DNA from: Macrostomum lignano
Lineage: Eukaryota
Reading direction: 5' to 3'
DNA length: 64,000 nucleotides
Assembly: GCA_002269645.1 (NCBI GenBank)
Contig: NIVC01000412.1
Span: 186,001 to 250,000 of the forward strand
Shown: piece after piece, positions 13,338 to 24,791 of the stretch
Layout: every line of letters starts with the position of its first letter
Numbering within the stretch: the first letter of the stretch is position 1
Program-made: the position numbers and the translations under genes
Notes under the pieces: generated by a model
Told to the model about the DNA's origin: nothing
Database searches by the model: none
Seen by the model: the letters and a program-made list of their open reading frames with translations, nothing else

Positions 13338-14286
13338 TAGCATTTTGCAGTCAAGTTTGAACTGCGGGCATTCAAATTAGACAAGAAGGGAAGAGCCAAA
13401 TTTCAGAATCCGTCCCCAAGTCAAGCAGAACTTTATGTCTGTGGCACAAACTGAAACACACTGACGGGCACTCAATTTAGACAACGGGCATTCAAATTAG
13501 ACAAGCAGCGGAAAGTCTATGTGTGCCAGAGAGAAAGACCATGGACAATCCGATTCGTCGCTATGCAAGAATTTCCAGAGAGAAGCGTGACCTCATTATT
13601 GGGGCATGCCAACGTGGTGACTCTGTGGCTGAAATTGCCAACATGTTGGATGTCAAGAGATCATCAGTGTACAACATCTGGAACAAGTTTGTTCAGGATG
13701 GCCAGCGATACGCGCTACCAAGGGGAGGAGCCAGGCACCGTCGAATGAATCCTGCAATGAAGGACCATCTGGCCGCCTTGTTGAATGCCAACCCTCTGAT
13801 GACACTCGGGCAAATGCGGGAATCGCTTCTGTCTGAGTTTCCCGCAATACCAACGATTGACATTTCAACAGTCTCTCGAGCACTGGATGGACAACTTTTT
13901 TCGATGAAAATCCTGTCAAGAGATGGCGATGTACCTGAAGCGAGAAATTCGCATGAGGTCAAGCAAAGACGCGTTGAATTCGCCAACTGGCTCGTGGATT
14001 TGTCGGTCACGACTTGCCTGGTCACACATGCTTACTTTGTTATAACTTGTTCTTATCTTCATAGTTCAGGGTTCACAGAATGGTTGTCTGACAACAGACG
14101 CAACACGATCTTGAATTGCCCAGCCAATGCGCCTGAGAACTTGTCTAATTTGAATGCCCCTTGTCTGAGTTGAGTGCCCACCAGTGTGATTTTGTCTAGG
14201 CCATAGATAGCATTTGTGCCAGCAGTGAGATCTGGTCAAGCGTCTAATTTGAATGCCCGCAGTTCAAACTTGACTGCAAAATGCTA
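13338..14286 (+). mobile_element. Internally deleted Tc1/IS630-type DNA transposon
   Basis: About 46-bp perfect terminal inverted repeat (tagcattttgcagtcaagtttgaactgcgggcattcaaattagac), TA on both flanks, and a repeated inner motif gggcattcaaattagaca (IR/DR layout). The ORF encodes an HTH-type transposase N-terminus. Confidence 0.88.
13541..14173 (+). pseudogene. Truncated Tc1/IS630 transposase (DNA-binding half only, no recognisable DDE domain)
   Basis: SVAEIANMLDVKRSSVYNIWNKF, PRGG linker, TLGQMRESL and ISTVSRAL resemble Tc1/IS630 N-termini; the similarity stops after RRVEFANW. Confidence 0.75.
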
Positions 14287-15216
14287 TAGTAGTCCTTGGC
14301 TCGAATATTCCGGGGTTCAGACCATAGACGGTCACTTCTGCTGTTCATAAGCATTAGCAGTCAAAGAAAAGCCCTTAAGGCTTCAGTTGAAAAGAAATAG
14401 AAGCTGACTGACATAGTCACTTTGCTGCTGCTGTTGCAATATAGCTCTGTAGATCGTAGCCTGCAGATGCTACAATCAATGGATAAATAATCAGCGGTCC
14501 CAGTGCGTGACAACGATTGTCTGGCGAGCGCCGGTAGGCGCGAGCCATAGACAAATCGTTGTCACGTGCTGCGTACCGCTGATTCTTTGCATTGTTTTTC
14601 TGTTTGACGATCCTACAGACAATGCATTGTTTGTAGTAATGGATTGTTCTGCATTAAAAATGTGAATAATGATCGTCAAATTGCTAAACAATGATATGTT
14701 CAACACTCAAAAATAGTGCAGTAGAAACATTGCTATGCGCTTTCGTCTATGGCATTAGTTGGCGCCGGAAGGAGTCGAGGAGGGGGGAGAGTGAGAATGG
14801 GGGTGTTTCGCCCCCACTTTCTATACAATGAAATGTAAATAAAATTTAGTCTATGGCCCACATCGACATTAATATGCACTGTAGTTTTTTGATCCCATAA
14901 AGAGGGAGACAGGTTTAAGAGAGCTGAGTAGAAAGACAGCAGATTTGATTGCTTGCATCTTTCATTTACGCAAACGAAATCGCCATGGCTGACGCAGAGC
15001 CAACTACAGTGGCAGAAGTTCTGCCTCCTCTATTTAACTACGGAGCTATGCCCAATGGTGAGATTTCAGGAGTAACATCCGGCGAGTTCGACTTGATTTG
15101 CACGTCATTCGATCATGCCCAAGGTCATTAGACAGTCGAGATGCAGCGAACCGCTATAGATTCTCCGAGAAAAGCTGCTATAGAGGCTTTCGCTAAAAGT
15201 GCATAGCAATGGTTAA

Positions 15217-15747
15217 CAGTAGAAAGACCACGCTATTTTTCCCCATGGGGAAAGACCATGGGGGTGTATTACAAATGCACACAACCAAGTTCACCATGGC
15301 TCGCAAACCGAATAACCGATTTTCATAAAATTCCACCATTTGGATCAAAATTCCCCCCCCCTTTCCAACGAATTAACTTTCAAAGTCATCCGACGTCAGC
15401 ATCGTCGAGATATTCAACGATTCTTGTCGAAGACACTGGTGGCAAGGACAACCAACACTACACTGTATAAACCTTTATGGTGAATCCATATTGGCTCAAT
15501 AAATCTGGGTCCATCTGTAGGAGAGCCTTTCTTCTCAGCATCTCAGGAACCAGGGTCCCCTTCATCACCGTCTGGAGCATCGGCGGCGACCGTCAGGACC
15601 TTCAACAAAAGAACCCGATCGGCATCGCAGAGCGGAAAATTTTAGCCCGTGTTCTGGATTTTGATGGCAATTGGTTGAATATTTTCGGAGATCCAGACAA
15701 AAGAAAAATGTGTGTATTTGAAATACACCCCCATGGTTTTTCTACTG
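15217..15747. mobile_element. Second CAGTAG/TTAA MITE-like element
   Basis: TTAA|CAGTAG at 15213-15222 and CTACTG|TTAA at 15742-15751. Subterminal inverted repeat ccatgggggtgtatt..aaat.caca. Shares the internal motif gtcgagatattc.acgattct with the 10930 element. Confidence 0.75.
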
Positions 15748-16289
15748 TTAAAAGAAGCTGTGGGCAACTGCACTTTAGTTCAAACGTACCAAAAAGATGC
15801 ACTACATCTCTAATTAACTATTTTAACATTTCAAGGGAAATGCAGACTATCTATAAATAATGAATTTGTAGTGAGAAGATAAAAATTTAGAAATTTAACA
15901 CTACAACTCTGGGCAGATCAGTTGGTAGATACGCTCCACCACTGCCTATAGTTAAGTTTTATTAACCCTACCATAAAAGTAAACAAACATGATCGAATTC
16001 GCGCAGTAAACCGATACACCACAAACTACAGACCCATCGGAGTGTGTAAGTGCATGTCGGCGTTAAGATTCTGGGTCTGTTCACCCCAACTGCATCGCCT
16101 GAGCGGACGCTATTCGATGTAGAGAGCAGAAATGTCTAATTATGCGCACGCTTTCGCTTCATGATAAAAGCACCTGCTGACTGCTGTGCACCGGAACAGC
16201 CTTGCGTCTCACTAATTCTGCTGCCAAACACGAGTGTACCGAAGCCGGTGAGCGAGTTGGAACTCGAAAAAATACTTTACGGTTGCAAA

Positions 16290-17327
16290 ATGAACTGGAC
16301 GGTACCCGAATTCAATGGCAGCTAAATACTACCATTAGATGGTGGTTTACCAGACAATAATTCGGTTTTTGAGATGTAAATTAAGTTTATAACGGTTAAC
16401 TTTTACACGTGGCTGTTTCCTCTGCTGTTCATCACCAGCGCGATAGCGAACGGCTGCTCATTCTGGGTGATTCTGAAGAACCGAGAGTCCTTTCCCAGAG
16501 TCACTCGGCAGTACCTGCTCATCATCACTGCCAACGACTTTCTGGCTGTCACTCTGCACGGACCTCTGCATTACCTCGAAAAAATGCATCCAATTACAGA
16601 CCGATTTAAAATCATACACCAATCCATAGCTGAAGTTATTTATCTGCTCACCAGAGTGTACTCAACTGTGGGAGCGCACTTCTTCCAACTGGGCCTCACC
16701 GTGGATCGTCTGGTTGCTGTGGCGGCGCCGATGCGAGCGCAGCAGATTCTGATTCGCAGGAGAAGCCGTATCTTGCTGGCCGTCATCACTGCAGCCGCAC
16801 TGGTGCTGCCCGTTATGTACATGTATTTATATGTACATATTCGTTCAAGGCGCAATCAGCAGCTTAGTATCGTGTACATGTACATTAGAGCAGAGCTTTT
16901 CTCCGGTCGAATCTTTCTTCTCTCTACAATGACGCTGGGAACAGTCGGAATTTGCGTCTGCATCTACAGAAGCAATCGAGCAGCTGGTCGGATCAGCCTG
17001 CAGCCCCACAGCTGCCGACAGCGTCAGAGGTCGCTGGTTCGAATCAGCCTCATGCTCGTGTTTATTAACGTGCTTTTCGCTGTGTCCTGCTTGCCTTACA
17101 GTTCAGTGATGTTTTATTTCGTATGTGCACTTGATTGGTCCGAGTCCAACGAGGAAGTTTTACATTTAGCCCTTAGCTGACCAGTTTACTTCATGGGCAG
17201 CAACTTTCGAAGGGCCTTTTTCCGTACATTATCGCCAAAGCGCTGCTGCCGATGCTGTTTTTCTCGTTGTTGTGGGCGTCGCACGGAGGAGCGAAATAGT
17301 TCTGCGACTGTAGTTGAGCTCGCTTAG
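16290..17327 (+). pseudogene. Rhodopsin-like (class A) orphan GPCR pseudogene
   Basis: TM helices and a DRLVAV motif, homologous to 42944-46288. In-frame stops at 16323, 16377 and 17178 (W to stop in SWPVYF), and the loop/TM7 segment present at 23067-23306 is deleted. Confidence 0.8.
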
Positions 17328-18049
17328 TACTGCTCATCATCGTGTTCGATAGCTCTTAGTAAACATGTATAGCTCTTTAAAAATGCGCGTTGTACTCGTG
17401 ATGAATTTTTGTTTGGCATGTAAATTCAACAGTCATCATTGATCAGTCAATTCAATGTTTAAATTGGTCTTTGCTTCGCAGAACCTTTGTAGAATGTTCG
17501 TTTTACCGGATTAAGCGTATTACGCATGGATAACTTTAAATAAATGCTTATTTCGCTAATTTTTTTCCTAATCACTACATGGATGTTATCTTATTTCAGA
17601 GCACGAATTCAGTTTTTTCCGTCTGATCAAGAGAGAAGCTGGTGAAGTTTGCTGAGTCTTTTCAGTGGAGTAAAGAAGTTTTTCTCTAAAACATGCTTCA
17701 TGACTTTGAAATGACTTCTGAGATATTTATAAAGATAGAATTCCTTTTTTAGGTTGATAGGTAGGCTTTTATACTAATATTGAGAGTGGATACATTTTGC
17801 TACCACTGGAACACAGATGGGTTTGAACTAAACGACTGAAGTGATCGCGAATGCGCTATCAATGTCAGGTTAACGAGCTAGTTGGGTCTTTGAATGCAGC
17901 CTTTCGCCGGGTATCACCAGGAGAAGATTTTTGTCTTTGCAGGTCTTGAGAGGATATGATAGGTCATGGGCTTTGTAATAGGTATGTATTGCCTGCCGAG
18001 TAGATCAGCGAAAACATTCACTTTCTGACAGTAGCTTGTAAACAGTAGC

Positions 18050-18965
18050 AGTCAGTGCCGGACGACCATCAACAGCAGCCAGTGCTGGACGACCATCAAC
18101 AGCAGTCAGTGCTGGACGACCATCAACAGCAGTCAGTGCTGGACGACCATCAACAGCAGTCAGTGCCGGACGACCATCAACAGCAATCAGTGCCGGACGA
18201 CCATCAACAGCAATCAGTGCCGGACGACCATCAACAGCAGTCAGTGCCGGACGACCATCAACAGCAGCCAGTGCCTGACGACCATCAACAGCAGTCAGTG
18301 CCGGACGACCATCAACAGCAGCCAGTGCCGGACGACCATCAACAGCAGCCAGTGCCGGACGACCATCAGCAGCAGTCAGTGCCGGACGACCATCAACAGC
18401 AGTCAGTGCTGGACGACCATCAACAGCAGTCAGTGCTGGACGACCATCAACAGCAGTCAGTGCCGGACGACCATCAACAGCAGTCAGTGCCGGACGACCA
18501 TCAACAGCAGTCAGTGCCTGACGACCATCAACAGCAGTCAGTGCCGGACGACCATCAACAGCAGTCAGTGCCGGACGACCATCAACAGCAGCCAGTGCCG
18601 GACGACCATCAACAGCAGTCAGTGCCGGACGACCATCAACAGCAGTCAGTGCCGGACGACCATCAACAGCAGTCAGTGACGGACGACCATCAACAGCAGT
18701 CAGTGCCTGACGACCATCAACAGCAGTCAGTGCCTGACGACCATCAACAGCAGTCAGTGCCGGACGACCATCAACAGCAGCCAGTGCCGGACGACCATCA
18801 ACAGCAATCAGTGCCGGACGACCATCAACAGCAATCAGTGCCGGACGACCATCAACAGCAGTCAGTGCCGGACGACCATCAGCAGCAGTCAGTACCGGAC
18901 GACCAGATCAGCAGCCAGTGCCGGACGACCATCAGCAGCAGTCAGTACCGGACGACCAGATCAGC
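18050..18965. repeat. Minisatellite, 27 bp unit (gtgccggacgaccatcaacagcagtca), about 33 copies
   Basis: Tandem array; it produces the VPDDHQQQS ORF. Confidence 0.95.
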
Positions 18966-20056
18966 AGCCAGCCAGGACCATCAGCTCCCGCTGACCCATC
19001 AGAACCCGACTAGATATAGCTTAGGCCTCTGTAACCTGTGGTACTTTACTTGAATGAATTGTCTGCCGCTAAATTTAAATGTACTTTTAGCACTGTAAAC
19101 ATTGTATAGCAACCTTTAGCATCGCAGCATTTAAATTTTGTGACAAAAATAAATTCACGTCGTCGTGAAACTTTGCGAAAAATTCAATGAGATGCTTTCT
19201 CAGTTTACCGAATGCTTAATGTCGTAAAAATTGCTTGGCCACTCAGGTCACATTGGTTTTTGCGTGCTTCTGTATCAACTAGCAAAATGATTCACGTACA
19301 TCATTTGAATCAAGGGTTACGCCATGCGCACTTATTTAGCAGTTCAAACAAGGTTGCACCGTGGCGAAGTTCTCCCTAAAAAAGCACGCTACCGCTTGCT
19401 CAACTGCTCTATGCAGATAGGACCCCAGTACGACTTCGTCGCCTACAATTAATCAGATAAAGTTGACCCTAAGCAGAAAATTCCTTCTCTGCATTGGTCT
19501 TTGCAGAGATGTCTACTATCGCAGCGTACAGTGTACAGTGTGTACAGTGTCTACTCTCGCAGGGAAATAAACTCATAGAGGCTCCCAAGAGAGCCGATTG
19601 GATCGATATTTTGAAGCACGCTCGTCTCCGGACGCTCAGACCCGTGAGGATCCCTCATGCATGCAAGCAGGCAGACAATAACTTTTCTCCTTTCATATTG
19701 TCCATGTAAACCCTCGTCATACAATCGTACACTAGCCATCTAGACAATTAGGTACAGTGAGCAATTGGGAAGTTCCGTGTAGCGAGGCTAGAAGATAAAT
19801 TACGCGTACAGATCGTCTGGAAAAAAGTCGTCTGGATTTATTGATCCAAGTCCAACCAAGTTTCTTAGAAATGAAACTAACTTTTAAAATGTACCTGTAC
19901 TATTTTTATTTCATGCGTCACCACCTAAGTTAGCATAAATCTGAGGAATACTTAACGCGCAATGGCCTATGGCCAGAAGTAACTCTTTCTAGCTTACATA
20001 ATAAAACTAAAATTCAATTGGTACCTTACGCGGACGAACTGAAAAACTGAAGGAAC

Positions 20057-21045
20057 ATGAATGGTGTGTCTGGAAAATCAAGCGAGGTAAGTACTCGCAA
20101 GACAATATCCTTAGCTCATATTGACAGCTTTACAGCTAATTATAAACAAAATACAATCGTAACTACCCATACAGAATCCTGTTTAAATTACAGAATACCC
20201 CGAATATGCAAAATTCAGCTAGAAATGGTAGACATGCTTTTGCTCGGCAGTGCCTGTTTGATACCGCGATGGACCTTTTGAAAAGGTTCTACGCCGTTGT
20301 AGCACTGTCCGGGTTTATTGAGCTGATGAAGTACCTGTACAACAGGGCCCCCATTGGGATCAACGACCTGCTCATGGTGCGATTTCCAATCGAGATAGTG
20401 CTGCTGCTGCTGCTGCTTGTCCTGGCCTTTGACTGCCTGGACATGGCTACTGAAAACCGTCAACGTCAAGCCGCGCTCGCTCCTGAGACAGCCAGCCTTT
20501 ACATACGTTTCATTATACTCCCAATAGTGCAGTTCACTTCGAAGTGCAAGAGAATCCTAATTTTCCTGGCGTGCAAGATGCAGCTGGTTGGAAACTGGGC
20601 CAGGCAGATGAGTCGTCTATTGAAGGACTCCGTGATTGGCATTATTGATATTCTCTCTAAGCTGGCTGATCTGATAAAAAAGATGAGCCGTCTATTGAAG
20701 GACATGGTGCTTGGCATTATTGATATTCTCTCTAAGCTGGCTGATCTGATAAAAAAGATCAGCCGTCTATTGAAGGACTTGGTGCTTGGCATTATTGATA
20801 TCCTCTCTAAGCTGGCTGATCTGATTAAGCGAAAGAAAGCTGTTGAATCGAATGCGGATAAATCGATCGTGCAGTACAATTTGTTTGTCGGGCAAAACAA
20901 TGACCAGTGTGATGATTTCTATGACCAGCAGCAGCAGATGGGGCAAAAGTGGCTGGCCATCCGAAATGGCGAGCAGCTCCGTTTCAGAGCTGGCAGCAAC
21001 AGACAACGATCGAGGAAAAGCAACTTGCAGTACGGCCCGAACTGA
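20057..21045 (+). CDS. Orphan membrane-associated protein A, about 293 aa; exons 20057-20086 and 20194-21045; contains 3 x 25-aa amphipathic repeat
   Basis: ATG, GTAAGT donor, TACAG acceptor and phase 0 are all conserved with the paralog at 24792. Hydrophobic segments are present. No family recognised. Confidence 0.7.
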
Positions 21046-21782
21046 AGTAACTTTACAGACGATTTTTTGCGTATTCCACATACAAATTGTCTAAGATGTT
21101 TTTTTCTTTTGTTTGTCCATCTAAAGGGAGGGCTACTTTCGTGTGGCTTTTATAATTATTAAATCAATCAATTTATCACAAGAATACAAACGGAAATCTC
21201 AGTTAAATAATAAATAAATTAATATGCCAGATTATGTTGTCAACTTGATCTTGTAATCTTTACTGTGATAAAAATTTTGATTCAATTCGTAGCTACACTA
21301 CTCTGATGAGTTGCGCAAAATGACCGTGTTGGCGACAAACATGTAGGTCGTAGTTGCTTTTGAAGACAACTTCATCATGTATTAAAAAACATGCATCTCG
21401 ATCAACTCAACAAGCCCTAGAAGTAGGCTCTGCTCTATCTTTCTACCCAAGCTAAAAAAATTGAAGCTGTCAGTTCTCCTCAGCACGTCAGCCGTGAGCA
21501 CGTGAGGTTTCTCTGTTTCGCGTGGCTTTACCCGAGAATCTGGGTCTTCAATTTTGACTTTGTAAAAATGCTTGCACATTGCTTTGTACAGCAGTTGGAC
21601 TGGTTTCCACGTATCGCGGATTTTAACTATTGAATATTAAAAAATGAAAGAACGTGAGAGAAATCGTTGCAGTGAAATTACATATTTTTAATTATCTCAA
21701 AATTTGACTATATTCCATTGTCAAAATCATTAGCCATTGATGATTATTCAGAAAGCATTCAAAATAAGAAACAATAACAACT

Positions 21783-22408
21783 GGCTACCGGACATTTGCC
21801 CTCCGGCATTTGCCCTCCGGACATTTGCCCTCCGGCATTTCCCCTCCGGACATTTGCCCTCGAGGACATTTGCCCTCGGGGACATTTGCCCTCCGGACAT
21901 TTGCCCTCCGGACATTTGCCCTCGGGGACATTTGCCCTCGGGGACATTTCCCCTCCGGACATTTGCCCTCCGGACATTTCCCCTCTGGAAAAGTACAGGT
22001 AAGGCTGGGGATAGGGTAGGGCGCGGGTATATATTGCTTACTAGAAAAGGATGAGTTGTTGGCTGGAGAAGAACCTGATGGATGCAAGAGGCGGGAGGAT
22101 GAGGTTGGTGCTGGAGGAACGACGGGTGGGTACAGGAGGAGGTGAGGTGAGTAATGTGCGAGGGGGTAAATTTGCAGAGGGCAAATGTGCGGAGGGGAAA
22201 TGTCCGGAGGGCAAATGTCCGGAGGGCAAATGTCCGGAGGGCAAATGTCCCCGAGGGCAAATGTCCCCGAGGGGAAATGTCCGGAGGGCAAATGTCCGGA
22301 GGGGAAATGTCCCGGAGGGCAAATGTCCGGAGGGCAAACGCCGCCGAGGGGAAGTGCCGGAGGGCAAGTGCCGGAGGGGAAGTGCCGGAGGGCAAATGTC
22401 CGGAAGCG
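21783..22408. mobile_element. Foldback/MULE-like element with modular inverted arms of 15-bp repeats (ggacatttgccctcc) around a ~200-bp spacer
   Basis: 9-bp direct repeat ATAACAACT at 21774-21782 and 22409-22417. The arms are reverse complements, and the paralogous site near 26600 lacks the element. Confidence 0.85.
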
Positions 22409-23066
22409 ATAACAACTACCAGCGTATTACAAAAGCAGGGAGGAACCTGACAAGCTGTGAGATGTTGTCGGGTTCGCAGACATGTGTTTGCCTCATGTGG
22501 TGCATCCGATGATCCTTGTTAAAGATCGAGCATTGGCAGAAAAATGCATGGCATTTTTATTGTCTAGACCGCAGAAGACGATAAGTCTTCTTTACAAGTT
22601 TCGTAATCCAAAAGTCCTCTGTCGAATGCTCTGACTTAAAGAAGAACAATGAAAAACTTGTGCATTAGTACTAGAGTAATATAAATGAGGCTTTATTGGC
22701 GTGACACCTGCGGTGATAAAAGTTTGTTCGCTCCCACCTGGTCATACGAGCATACTGATGAGAGGCCTGTTGCTTGCAGATGAACTTCAGATGCACTCAC
22801 ATAAGATATTTTACAGACTAGCTATAAGAAGAATAGACTGAAAGTAGAGTTTGTGTAAATTGAACTTGCATTATCTACACATAGCTCGTAAAAGCAAATT
22901 TCCTAAGAAATTACTACGCAGAAGATGAAGATAGACAAGCATACCAAAAAAGCAATTAATCACGACTTTTGCAAAAGCTACAACGCGAACTCGAACATGC
23001 AGCTGATGAGTAGAAACTGATAAATAAAAAACTCAACTCTACTGAAACTCAACTGAAGTGGCAGGG

Positions 23067-23379
23067 TTATTTCGCTCCTCCGTGCGACACCCACAAAAAC
23101 AACAAGAACAACAGCAGGAAAAACGTCCTTCGAAAGTTGCTGCCCATGAAGTAGACAGGCCAGCTAAGGGCATTGTTCACATAAATCAGGTTGTTAAGGT
23201 GGTTGATGATGAGCCTATAAAATTGTAAAATACTCTCATTAGACTCGGACCAATCAAGTGCACATACGAGGTAAAACATGATTGTAAGGCAGGCAGGGTA
23301 CAGCAAAAAGCACGTTAATAAGCATGACCATGATTCGAAACAGCGACCTCTGACGCTGTCGGCAGCTGTGGGGCTGCAG
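23067..23379 (-). pseudogene. 3' fragment (TM6-TM7-tail) of the same GPCR family
   Basis: NNLIYVNNALSWPVYFMGSNFRR and QPHSCRQRQRSL; frameshifted and joined to an RTE fragment at about 23380. Confidence 0.75.
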
Positions 23380-23845
23380 AATGATGTGGCTTGCCAACTG
23401 GGGTCGCCGACGGCGCAACAAGTTTGCTAGGACGGGACAGACCGGTGCGGCGACAGAGTGCGTATTGGTGACTCAATTGTAGTCGACATTGAAGGCGGCA
23501 TGCAGCAGGCCCGCGTACACCGCATCGACCTGCTGTCAAGGACCACTAGTAATACACTAGTATTGCGATATTTATACATCGATTATATATCGGGGTTGCG
23601 ATAGGGGCCTCGCGCCTGCTGTTCGAGCGAGTCCGTCAGCGTCCAGGTCTCGGCGTTGTACAACAGGACGGTCTCGATCACCGCCTGGAACAGCGCCGCC
23701 CTCTGTGCGGCAGGGCCTCGGACTGCAGGACAGCCCTCACGGAACGGAAAGCAGCCCAGGCAAGTCCACGGCGATGTGGCAGATCCTCAAGAACGTCAGG
23801 CACCAGACCACCGAGGTAAACGAACTGCTGACAGTACGGAAGAAT
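23380..23845 (-). mobile_element. Degenerate RTE-clade LINE fragment (post-RT region)
   Basis: FVYLGGLVPD..RRGLAWAAFRSV and LFQAVIETVLLYNAETWTLT-type sequence; collinear with 62560-62930. Confidence 0.8.
23537..23614. mobile_element. 78-bp insertion beginning with a CAAGGAC-family end, 8-bp TSD CCTGCTGT
   Basis: cctgctgt at 23529-23536 and 23615-23622 interrupts the RTE sequence, which is uninterrupted at 62698-62710. Confidence 0.7.
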
Positions 23846-23950
23846 TGTTGAGCAAAGCATTGAATAATCAATGTGGCATTGTTGAGCACAACATTGAATA
23901 ATCAATGTGGAATTGTTGAGCACAACATTGAATAATCAATTTGGCATTGC
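23845..23950. repeat. Three 34-bp units related to the 31-bp minisatellite at 12107
   Basis: ttgttgagcacaacattgaataatcaatgtg vs gcattgagcacagcattgaa(c/t)aatcagtg. Confidence 0.7.
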
Positions 23951-24791
23951 TGAGCGGTTGACATTCTGCTGGCGCACAGGGCTCGACACTGGACGCGTCT
24001 GCATGCTGGCCCCCTTTCCGTCAATGTGGGTCAGTCAATCCGGCACCACTGTGACTAAGTCTGAGTCTGCACGCAATCTGTCAGATCAGTGCTCTGAAGC
24101 GCAATGGTTCCACACAATGAGGCACATTTAGTCAAGCTCTGGGGGAGGGGAGCTGTGTGGCGGTCCACTGCCGCCAACTTATTAACATAATGCGGACTGC
24201 AGAGCTCTGCATAAACGCCTCTCTTACTGTTATATCTATGGCCCAAATAGACGCTCAAATTGAGAAGCCAGGCCGAATTGAGAAGCCAAGCCGGGCAAGC
24301 GGACTTTTCCTTTTCTCACTGGCATCACGATCGCGAGCCACCACAACACACTAAATATATTCAGAATAAACAAACTTTTACTTGTGCGACAATTTTTTAC
24401 GCCCCCTCCCCCAGTGCCATGCATGTAGATAATGTAGATAGTGTAGATAACAAAATTACCCGTCTGTACGCGAACTAAAGAATCCGCTAGCTACCTACGT
24501 ACTAGCTGTCACACTGAGGTAGCCCGAAAGTGCACATGCAAAATACGCACACCACCAATAAGTCGCCTGAATTTTTTCGAGTCAAGTTTAACAAAAATTT
24601 CTTAGAAATGAAACAATACTTTTTAAATGTACCTGTATTATTTTTATTTCATACGTCACCCCTAAATTAGGATAAATCTAAGGTATATTTAAGCAGCAAT
24701 ACTTATGGCCAGAAGTAACTATTCTAGCTTTCTGAATAAAACTTAATATCAATTAGTACCTTAGATGGACGAATTAAAAAACTACAGGAAA

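Noticed and set aside
18055-19053. 332-aa VPDDHQQQS repeat ORF as a secreted or adhesive repeat protein
   Set aside because: It has a GTG start, no signal peptide and no supported flanking exons, and a 27-bp period explains the open frame. Only transcript data could rescue it.
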